Assembly (NCBI GenBank): GCA_029242715.1
Contig: JAQWTL010000002.1
Coordinates: forward strand, 7,445 to 71,444
DNA from: Phycisphaerales bacterium
GTDB lineage: Bacteria; Planctomycetota; Phycisphaerae; Phycisphaerales; SM1A02
Direction: 5' to 3'
DNA: 64,000 nt
The notes below the pieces were generated by a model, which did no database searches, was not told the origin of the DNA, and was given only the letters and a program-made list of their open reading frames with translations. The position numbers were made by a program, and so were the translations under genes. Positions 46,764 to 54,594 of the stretch are shown here, in pieces. Each line of letters opens with the position of its first letter. Position 1 is the stretch's first letter.

Positions 46764-47681
46764 ATGAGACTACTTCAAGGCCTCGTCGCAGCTGCCCATA
46801 CACCTACGCATGAAGATGGAAGACTCCATCCAGAAGCCATTACGAAGCAGGCAGACCTCTACGCCTCCGCAGGCCTGCAAGGCGTATTCGTCTGCGGATC
46901 AACGGGTGAAGCATTGTCCTTTACCAAGAATGAACGCATCAAGATACTTGAGACATGGTGCCCTGCTGCCAAGTCGAATGATCTTCTTTCAATCATTCAC
47001 GTTGGTGGCGCGTGCCAATCCGAAGCCATCGACATCTCCCAGGCTGCGAATTCAGCAGATGCTGACGTAGTCGCCGCCATGGCGCCGCCATTCATCCCAC
47101 CTGCTTCAATAGATGACCTGGTCGATTTCCTGGCACCCATTGCCAAGGCCGCTGGCGATCGTCCGTTTCTTTTCTATGACAATCCTGCTCGTTCCCATGT
47201 CGACTTCGCACCCGGCATGGTTCTGACCGCCTTGAAGCACGCGATTCCCAACTTTGCCGGCGTGAAGCTCACACGATCTGATCTGGAGGCAACTGAAGCT
47301 GCCATTGATGCCTGTGGAGAAGACGCACAGGTCTTCTTTGCTGCTGATGAGATGCTCCTCTTCGCCCTTCAACTTGGTATCGAAGCTGCAATCGGAGCGT
47401 CATACAACCATTCTGCAGGATTGTTCCGCAGAATGATGAAAGCACATCAGGATGGCGACATGGCCGCTGCCACTGCCGAACACGATCGAGCTGTCGTCAT
47501 GATTGATGTCCTGTATGACAAAGGGATCATCCCTGCTGGAAAAGCAATGATGTCGGTTGTCGGCATCGATTGCGGGCCCCCACGCCCACCATTGAAAGCA
47601 CTGACTCCCCAGGCATTCGCTGAAGTCAGCAATGCCATGGAAGCACTTGGCCTGCCGGACATGTCTCCGGCTGCCACCTGA
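46764..47681 (+). CDS. DHDPS/N-acetylneuraminate lyase family aldolase
   Basis: Internal ATG giving MRLLQGLVAAAHTPTHEDG. GVFVCGSTGEALSFTKNERIKILE is the GxTGE motif. FAGVKLT is a candidate Schiff-base Lys. It is divergent from the GNAT/sialidase genes. Confidence 0.75.
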   Translation: MRLLQGLVAAAHTPTHEDGRLHPEAITKQADLYASAGLQGVFVCGSTGEALSFTKNERIKILETWCPAAKSNDLLSIIHVGGACQSEAIDISQAANSADADVVAAMAPPFIPPASIDDLVDFLAPIAKAAGDRPFLFYDNPARSHVDFAPGMVLTALKHAIPNFAGVKLTRSDLEATEAAIDACGEDAQVFFAADEMLLFALQLGIEAAIGASYNHSAGLFRRMMKAHQDGDMAAATAEHDRAVVMIDVLYDKGIIPAGKAMMSVVGIDCGPPRPPLKALTPQAFAEVSNAMEALGLPDMSPAAT

Positions 47682-47827
47682 TACCAGACGGGATGAGGGC
47701 CCGACTGGCCCTCCAAGGAGTTGAAACAGGCCCCAGGCCCCATAGGCTGGCAGTCCTGGCCCAGAGACTCCAGTCAATACTTGACTCCCTGGCCTGTATC
47801 CACATGATGGAAGCAGGGAAAGAGAAC

Positions 47828-50800
47828 ATGGCTGGAACCTCATCTGGAAACCTGTTGATCGCCATCACTCTGCTCGGAGCGACGGCTGCTTCACAAGCCG
47901 AGTTTCCGGTGCAACCCTTCCTGCAGAAAGCCACATCCACCTCGATGGCGATTGCCTGGGAAAGCGATGGAGACGCCGACAGTTGGATCGACTTCGGAAC
48001 CTCGATGGACAACCTCGACCAGTCGGTTGTCGGAACCTGGGTTGATGGAGCTGGCGGATCGCATATCCACCATGTCGAGTTGACGGGACTGACGCCCAGC
48101 ACGCGTTACTACTACCGTGCTCGGACCGAGGCCGACCAGTCCGATACGTCCTGGTTCACCACTCCTCTGCCAGTGGGCACCGAGGCTCCCTTCACCTTCG
48201 TCGCCTATTCCGACGCGCAGGTCGGCAACATCGATACCAAGCACGAGGAAATCGTCAACGATGGCATCCTGGATTTCTTCGGACAACCCGGCGGCGGTGA
48301 CATCGACCAGGTCGTATCCTTCTCGCTGGTCCCCGGGGACCTCGTGAGTACTGGCAGCAATCATTCACACTGGCAGGATCACTTCTTCAGTCAGGCCCAG
48401 AATCTCTACCGTCACGTTCCTCTGTATCCCGCACTGGGAAACCACGAGGCCAATGCCGCCCTGTACTACGCCTACATGAACCTGCCGCTCAACGGCACAC
48501 TGGGCTACCTCGAACACTGGTACTGGTTCGACCACCACAACCTGCGCATCATCACGCTTGACTCCAATCCACCGTACGACAACGCGATCCAGCTGTCCTG
48601 GCTCGATGGTGTCCTGGCGGATGCTTGCACGGCTGAACACATCGACTTTGTGCTGCTGCAATTCCACCATCCTCACAAGAGCGAGTCCTGGACACCCGGT
48701 GAATCCAGCTTCAGCACTGAGGCAGTAACCCGGGCAGAACAGTTCACCGCGGATTGCGGCAAACCGTCCGTCCACTTCTTTGGACACACCCATTCCTATT
48801 CCCGTGGCCAGAGCCGTGATCACCAGCACCTGATGGTCAATGTAGCCTCCGCCATGGGCAGCCTCGACTACTGGTACCACTATGACAATGCAGACTACGA
48901 GGAGTTCCAACTCACTGAAAATGAGTGGGGATTCTGCGTCATGGAGATTACCGGCGGTGATAATCCGACCCTGACGTTGACCCGGGTGAGCCGAGGCAAT
49001 GACTGGGTCGCTCGTGACAACGAGATTCGTGACCAGATCACAATCCGTTACCAGAATGAACCACCTGCCACACCCTCTGGTGTCTACCCCACGTTGGCTG
49101 ATGGCCCCGTACCCGCCTGGAACATCGCGTTCACCGGTGACACCTTCTCCGACAGCGACGGCGACGAGGCGCTTGAGAGCCACTGGCAGATCAGCCAGAA
49201 CCAACTTGATTGGACCGATCCCATCGCGGAAGACTGGAAACGGCGGGAGAACTGGTATCGACCGCCCAACGGTGACGTCTGGTATTCCTACAACACGGTC
49301 GAAGACCCCGACATCACCCGTACGACACTCGATTCGTCAGTTCCCGGATGCACATCGCTCTATTGGCGCGTGCGGTATCGGGATGACGGCCTGCAATGGA
49401 GCAACTGGTCCCCACCAATCGCCTTCACGACAGGTGAGTCCGTCGATGGCGATTCCGGACCGGTTCCCGCAGATGGCGAGTCCCGGGTCTCCCGCGAGCC
49501 GGTTCTTTCCTGGGAAACCTGCTTGGGCGCAGTCTCATGGGATGTCTACTTCGGAACTGACCCGGTGTTTGAAGGTGAAGACCTGCTGGCCAATGTCACC
49601 GAACCCACGTTGGACGCCGGCGACCTCTCCCCATTGACAACGTATTACTGGAGGGTGGACCCTTACGTGGACGGTGAGATCCTGGTCGGTCCGACCTGGT
49701 CCTTCACCACGACCCGATCCTTCCCAACCGACTGGACAGCCGAGTGGCGGTTCGTTGACGCCGTTGCCGTAGACGAGGAGGCACTGGCCGCGGCCAGGGG
49801 CTCCTCCGACATGTTGCCCGTTGGAATGACCGCCGGACTGGACTGGATGCTGAGCACGACCGGCATCGGCATTCCTCATATCAACGGTGAACCCGCCACC
49901 TACGTTCGAGTCAATGGCGTATCGGGTACCAATCGGGGCTTGCAACTCTGGCTGGACGCCCCTGGCAATAATGGCGACATTGAACAGTTCACCTGGGTCT
50001 GGGACCTGTATATCTCGCCTAGCCAGACCGGACGCATCGCGCTCTGGCAGGGCAGTCATACCAATGTCAACCAGAGCGAATTCCAACTTGATTGCGATAC
50101 CGGGGGGTTCTGGGTCAACGGAACCGGCTTGGTTGGCGAGAACCTCTGGCCCAAGGGCGAATGGTTCCGCCTCGCTCAACGCGTGAATTGGTCAACTGAT
50201 ACCTCCGCGATCTTTGTCAACGGCCAATTGGTCCTGGGCGATGATGTCCTGGATGCACCGGACTGGCTCTGGGGTGGAGGCAGCGAGTACTCGATCTGGT
50301 TGTTCACGGATGACGATGGCGCCGAGTCCGGACAGGTTCAATGCAGTTCGGTGGCGTTGGTGGATGACGTCATGGGCGACCTGGACATCGCTGAACTGGG
50401 TGGACCTGATGCGGACGGCATTTTTCTGGATCAAACTACGGAGTGGCGGTTTGATGATCCCATTCCCACCGACGAATTGCCCCTGGCCTCTGCCTTCGGC
50501 CCTTCCGTGTTAACGCCCAGGGGCATGACCCTCGGTATCGACTGGACAACTGAACAGACCGGAACCGATGTTCCCCATATCGGTGACGAACAGTCTTCCT
50601 TCATCAGACTGGACAATGTCTGGGGCAGCGGGCGGGGCCTGGAAGTCTTCACGCACTTGCCCGGAAACGGTGGCTTGGGATGCTGCAACCTGGCTCACTT
50701 CACCTACGTCTGGGATCTCTATATCGATACAGACCAGAATGAACTCCAGGCGCTCTGGCAGGGCAATGCGAACAATGCCAACGACGCCGAGTTGTTTGCC

Positions 50801-51319
50801 AACTGTGCCAACGGCGGGTTCTATGTCAGAGGCACCGGCTACGTCGGCCAGAACCTCTGGACGACCGGAGAATGGTTCCGATTGGTTCAGAGGGTCGACT
50901 ACCAGCAGAACATCTCGACGATCTTCGTCAACGGGGAGAAGGTACTGGACGGGCTGGCCGGCAGTGACTGGATCTATGGCGAGGGCTCCGGCAATCCCAT
51001 CTGGCTACTCTCGGATGATGGCGGTGTCACCGATGTCGAACGCGTGCAGTGCAGTTCGATGGCCCTTCTCGACCGCCTACTGGCTGACGAAGAGGTTGCA
51101 GCCCTGGGTGGGCCAGACGCAGCCGGTATCTTCCTGGGGCCTGAAACACCAGCTTGCCCCGAGGATGTCAACGGTGACGGCACCATCGGCGTTGATGACA
51201 TCCTGCAGATCATCGCCGAATGGGGCGACTGTCCTGGTTGCCTCGGCGATGTCGATGGCAATGACGTCGTAGACGTCAACGACCTGCTGGCCGTGATCTC
51301 AGCTTGGGGTGACTGCTGA
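47828..51319 (+). CDS. giant secreted metallophosphoesterase (purple-acid-phosphatase-like) with tandem LamG/ConA-like modules and C-terminal dockerin-like domain
   Basis: Internal ATG giving signal MAGTSSGNLLIAITLLGATAASQA. PAP N-terminal domain: SMAIAWESDG...TPSTRYYYR. Phosphoesterase motifs: FTFVAYSDAQ, PGDLVSTGS, ALGNHE, QFHHPH, FGHTHSY. It carries two 233-aa repeats and the tail DVNGDGTIGVDDILQIIAEWGDCPGCLGDVDGNDVVDVNDLLAVISAWGDC. Confidence 0.7.
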   Translation: MAGTSSGNLLIAITLLGATAASQAEFPVQPFLQKATSTSMAIAWESDGDADSWIDFGTSMDNLDQSVVGTWVDGAGGSHIHHVELTGLTPSTRYYYRARTEADQSDTSWFTTPLPVGTEAPFTFVAYSDAQVGNIDTKHEEIVNDGILDFFGQPGGGDIDQVVSFSLVPGDLVSTGSNHSHWQDHFFSQAQNLYRHVPLYPALGNHEANAALYYAYMNLPLNGTLGYLEHWYWFDHHNLRIITLDSNPPYDNAIQLSWLDGVLADACTAEHIDFVLLQFHHPHKSESWTPGESSFSTEAVTRAEQFTADCGKPSVHFFGHTHSYSRGQSRDHQHLMVNVASAMGSLDYWYHYDNADYEEFQLTENEWGFCVMEITGGDNPTLTLTRVSRGNDWVARDNEIRDQITIRYQNEPPATPSGVYPTLADGPVPAWNIAFTGDTFSDSDGDEALESHWQISQNQLDWTDPIAEDWKRRENWYRPPNGDVWYSYNTVEDPDITRTTLDSSVPGCTSLYWRVRYRDDGLQWSNWSPPIAFTTGESVDGDSGPVPADGESRVSREPVLSWETCLGAVSWDVYFGTDPVFEGEDLLANVTEPTLDAGDLSPLTTYYWRVDPYVDGEILVGPTWSFTTTRSFPTDWTAEWRFVDAVAVDEEALAAARGSSDMLPVGMTAGLDWMLSTTGIGIPHINGEPATYVRVNGVSGTNRGLQLWLDAPGNNGDIEQFTWVWDLYISPSQTGRIALWQGSHTNVNQSEFQLDCDTGGFWVNGTGLVGENLWPKGEWFRLAQRVNWSTDTSAIFVNGQLVLGDDVLDAPDWLWGGGSEYSIWLFTDDDGAESGQVQCSSVALVDDVMGDLDIAELGGPDADGIFLDQTTEWRFDDPIPTDELPLASAFGPSVLTPRGMTLGIDWTTEQTGTDVPHIGDEQSSFIRLDNVWGSGRGLEVFTHLPGNGGLGCCNLAHFTYVWDLYIDTDQNELQALWQGNANNANDAELFANCANGGFYVRGTGYVGQNLWTTGEWFRLVQRVDYQQNISTIFVNGEKVLDGLAGSDWIYGEGSGNPIWLLSDDGGVTDVERVQCSSMALLDRLLADEEVAALGGPDAAGIFLGPETPACPEDVNGDGTIGVDDILQIIAEWGDCPGCLGDVDGNDVVDVNDLLAVISAWGDC
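49742..51139 (+). repeat. tandem duplication of a 233-aa (699-nt) LamG/ConA-like module
   Basis: Copy 1 starts EWRFVDAVAV (49742) and copy 2 starts EWRFDDPIPT (50441). Shared blocks: FT(W/Y)VWDLYI, ALWQG, GF(W/Y)V.GTG.VG.NLW..GEWFRL.QRV, IFVNG, VQCSS.AL.D, LGGPDA.GIFL. Confidence 0.75.
51155..51316 (+). other. dockerin-like double EF-hand module ending in WGDC
   Basis: CPEDVNGDGTIGVDDILQIIAEWGDCPGCLGDVDGNDVVDVNDLLAVISAWGDC. Confidence 0.6.
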
Positions 51320-51332
51320 ACAACCGGTTCAC

Positions 51333-52439
51333 TCAGTTCGAGGGTTCAGAAACCAGTAATCGAATGGCCTGCTCGACAAGGAGATAGTCCTGGTTGCGCT
51401 GGGACTGCTCAGGATCCTTGGTCGGGTGGAAGACGGGACCAGGGTGAACAAACCGAATAATTCCATCTTCATCGACGAGGATGCTCACGCTGGTCGCCCC
51501 GCGATCACCGGACGCCAGGTACGCCCGCTTGAGTTCCGACCAGTCCAAGTCAACGGCAACATCACCGCCGTACTTGAATTTCTTGGCCGCAGCGAGAATG
51601 ACTTCATCCGTCTCCGGATGTGGTGGTTTGGGATGATAGACCGCAACGGTACGAAGGCCCGCCTTGCCATACTTCTTCCGCAGGGTTTCGATCGCAGGCA
51701 GGCTGGCCTCACACCACGGACAGGCATCAGTCCACCAACGGTACAAGGTTGCTTTAGGTTTCTTTGTGATCGAAGTTCCCTGTCGTGCCCAGCGATCTGG
51801 TTTCAATGAGGGAAATTTCTTTCCAATGAGATCCTGGCCACCTCGGTCTGCTGGCAACGTCTCAATCTCGACGCTTTCCTTTGCTTTCACGGGTTCCAGA
51901 AGCAGCGCATCGATGACTTCTTTGCCTTGAGCAGGAGAGATATGAAAGTCGTTGTATCGAACGATGCCATTCCGATCAATGATGATGGTCCAGGGCGTCC
52001 CTCCTGTTCGATATGAACGCATCAGTCTCGAGGGCTTTCCAGGCCTCCCCGAATGCCCGATCGGAATATCCAACTCATACCTTTCACCCGTCGATTTCGC
52101 CTTGGCCGGGGTATTGGTTGTATAGCCTTCAAAGACTGTCTGAACAGCCACGAAAGCGACCTTGTCATTGCCTTTGTATTTCTCAATGAGGGCCTTCAAG
52201 GTCGGGAAGCCACGAGAATGACAACCCGGGCACCAGGATTGGAAACCATACAGGTAGATCACCTTGCCTTGAAGGTCGCTGACATCCAGATCCTGAGATC
52301 CCTCAGGCAGGTTGAACCATTCGTCAACTTGCCATGCCGGAGCTGGACGTCCTCCAATCCCCCGTGATTGTGCCAGGACTTCAGTCGTGAGCACAGGGAG
52401 CAAAGACAGGACGAAGAGCGTTATGAACCATCGAGCCAT
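51333..52439 (-). CDS. secreted protein with two thioredoxin/TlpA-like domains
   Basis: Signal peptide. Two redox motifs: YGFQSWCPGCHSRGFPTL and RWWTDACPWCEASLPAIETL. Confidence 0.75.
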   Translation of the reverse strand: MARWFITLFVLSLLPVLTTEVLAQSRGIGGRPAPAWQVDEWFNLPEGSQDLDVSDLQGKVIYLYGFQSWCPGCHSRGFPTLKALIEKYKGNDKVAFVAVQTVFEGYTTNTPAKAKSTGERYELDIPIGHSGRPGKPSRLMRSYRTGGTPWTIIIDRNGIVRYNDFHISPAQGKEVIDALLLEPVKAKESVEIETLPADRGGQDLIGKKFPSLKPDRWARQGTSITKKPKATLYRWWTDACPWCEASLPAIETLRKKYGKAGLRTVAVYHPKPPHPETDEVILAAAKKFKYGGDVAVDLDWSELKRAYLASGDRGATSVSILVDEDGIIRFVHPGPVFHPTKDPEQSQRNQDYLLVEQAIRLLVSEPSN

Positions 52440-52599
52440 GTGGAATCTCCATGTGCCTTAAATGATCGTAGCGTGCCAAGGCGTATCTATGGCAAGAAGA
52501 AGCAGGATGTAGTCCATATCCGCTTCCTCAAGAAAGATGTAATTGCCCTCTCAGGCATATGAACTGGCGGAAATCCGAAGAACAACTGATGATGCTTTA

Positions 52600-53256
52600 A
52601 TGAGCACGGACCCCACCCAGGAAACCATCCTGACATACGAAGGCATCGCCGAGTACTACGCTACTGTGGAAGACGATCCTGAACTGCGAGCGTCCATACG
52701 GGATTTGCTTGGACCAGCGCATCCTGGAAAAAAAATCCTGGAAGTCGGATGCGGTCCTGGCATTGATGCTGCCATTCTCAAGTCAAAGGGATTTGATGTC
52801 ATCGGCATCGATCTTTGTGAAGCCTTCATCGATCGAGCCAGACTCCGGTATCCAGAAGTCGACTTTCAACTGATGGATCTGCGCGCACCTGACTTCAAGG
52901 ACAATGAATTCGATGGAATCATTGCGATGGCCTCACTTGTACATGTTCTTCCAGAAGACATCCCAGCAACAATCGAACGGTACCGGCTGCTTCTCAAGGA
53001 TGGTGGCCGATTTGTGACATGGATGAGTGATTCGCCAAAAGTCGAGTACTACGACGTTCCAGACTGGGGAGGCGCTTCAACCCGCTTCCTTCGCATGTGG
53101 TGCCATGACAGGAGCATGATTTCCAACTCCATGACTGATGCTGGTTTTAGCCATGTGAGAATTCTTCAGGTTCAATCCGACTACTACAACCGCATGACCC
53201 GTATTCAGGACAACGAGGTCTCCCTGTATGCCATTGTTGGCACCGTACCAGGCTGA
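52600..53256 (+). CDS. class I SAM-dependent methyltransferase
   Basis: Motif I: KILEVGCGPGIDAAIL. Post-I: DVIGIDL. The track start 52543 is a non-ATG codon; ATG 52600 (MSTDPTQ) is preferred. Confidence 0.75.
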   Translation: MSTDPTQETILTYEGIAEYYATVEDDPELRASIRDLLGPAHPGKKILEVGCGPGIDAAILKSKGFDVIGIDLCEAFIDRARLRYPEVDFQLMDLRAPDFKDNEFDGIIAMASLVHVLPEDIPATIERYRLLLKDGGRFVTWMSDSPKVEYYDVPDWGGASTRFLRMWCHDRSMISNSMTDAGFSHVRILQVQSDYYNRMTRIQDNEVSLYAIVGTVPG

Positions 53257-53360
53257 TCCAGATCACCCTAGATCTCAATCAGAATTTGAGTGGATAGCAG
53301 GGGTTTCCGGAAAACCAATGCATGGCTGATGTTTGCCTATCGAGCCAATCCTGGTCGATT

Positions 53361-53408
53361 AACAAACAGCTGCGACAAGCGAGGTCCCCTCCAGGCCTCG
53401 CTTGTCGC
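53361..53408 (-). terminator. Rho-independent terminator for the PEP-CTERM-like gene
   Basis: Perfect 13-bp stem GCGACAAGCGAGG / CCTCGCTTGTCGC (53372-53384 / 53396-53408), 12 nt after the minus-strand stop. The minus-strand downstream sequence is AGCTGTTTGTT. Confidence 0.5.
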
Positions 53409-53419
53409 ATGCTGAGTAG

Positions 53420-54136
53420 TCATCTCCGTCGACGTCGGCCTCCGGCCAATGCTGAGATTCCAAGCAAAGCGATGGCTGATGGCGCCGGAACTGGTGTTCC
53501 GAAACTCACGTTGTCAACTGACCAGGGAACCAATTCGCCATTCAATCCAAATGCAGAGGAATATCCCGATAGGTTCAACTGCCCCCAAGGGGCGCTGGTG
53601 GGACCCGATCCAAATGTCGTGAACTGGCCAACCAGAATCTGGTAGTTCGCCATCCCGGGCATGATCTGGCCAAAGGCGTGCAGATCGCCAACTGGCCGAT
53701 TCCATTCACCTGCTGCAATAAACAGATCATTGCCAGAATTGAAATCAGACCAATTGATTCCAGTACTCGTCAAAGTAGCGCTTTCAGAAGCCCATTCGGC
53801 CCCAATGGTGACCCAACTGTCATATTCAATCTCTGGCTCAAAAGGAACAAACCCCTGATTGATCTGTGAAGACATTTGACCGCCAATGGCGTTTTGATAG
53901 AAGCCTCCACTGGAAATGATGGCTCCCACAGTTGGGTTCGCACCTCCGACACTCGTGAGTTGATCTGATGGATCATCAAACTCAGCGTACAACCGCCAAG
54001 TGGTGGTCCCGTTCAGCGTAGCGATACCATTGCCATCAACTGCGTGTTGCTCAAGATTTAGGCCAACCAATGAGGCTGTGGCCACTCCAGGCAGTACCAG
54101 TAACTGGGTAATCACCAGTGATTGAAGTCGAGTCAT
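53420..54136 (-). CDS. PEP-CTERM-like sorting-domain protein
   Basis: Internal ATG giving signal MTRLQSLVITQLLVLPGVATA. C-terminus GTPVPAPSAIALLGISALAGGRRRRR = Pro-rich motif + TM helix + Arg cluster. It has VPAP rather than the canonical VPEP. Confidence 0.65.
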   Translation of the reverse strand: MTRLQSLVITQLLVLPGVATASLVGLNLEQHAVDGNGIATLNGTTTWRLYAEFDDPSDQLTSVGGANPTVGAIISSGGFYQNAIGGQMSSQINQGFVPFEPEIEYDSWVTIGAEWASESATLTSTGINWSDFNSGNDLFIAAGEWNRPVGDLHAFGQIMPGMANYQILVGQFTTFGSGPTSAPWGQLNLSGYSSAFGLNGELVPWSVDNVSFGTPVPAPSAIALLGISALAGGRRRRR

Positions 54137-54521
54137 TGTGTTGTTGCTCCTTGCACGGGGACTCTGTCTATTACGTGCCCCCATAGGTACTTGGTTGGCC
54201 ATGAGCAAATATGTCAGATAACCTCCAAAATTCCATCCATGACCAGATGATTCAGTGACAGGCCCATGTCTCTAAACTTCTTGATAATGAGTAGATATGA
54301 CTAGCGACACAGCCATGCCAGCCATTGAGCAATCCAAGCTGCCAACGAACATGAGGCTTTAGTGCGGGTCATGATCGCACCAGGCCTCATGTCCTTGCAT
54401 GAATCGTGAGCCAGGATCAAGAGTCAAGCATGCACCCCTGGGACAGCCCGCGATTGGTCGAAGTGTCGTACCACTCATTCTGGCTTGCCATGTCTTGGTA
54501 GATCGCATGATTGCGGATACA

Positions 54522-54562
54522 GCCGCCGACGATCCCGACTAAACATCGAAATCGTCGGCGGC
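54522..54562 (-). terminator. hairpin downstream of the S8 protease gene (possible terminator)
   Basis: 12-bp stem GCCGCCGACGAT / ATCGTCGGCGGC with a 17-nt loop, about 30 nt after the minus-strand stop. No clear U-tract. Confidence 0.3.
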
Positions 54563-54594
54563 CACTTGCCTTCTAATCACAGCCCCATGACTCG

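Noticed and set aside
53322-53645. 107-aa plus-strand ORF overlapping the 3' end of the PEP-CTERM-like gene
   Set aside because: It is antisense to a gene with a clear signal peptide and sorting tail. It also begins inside the terminator hairpin region, so it is a shadow ORF.
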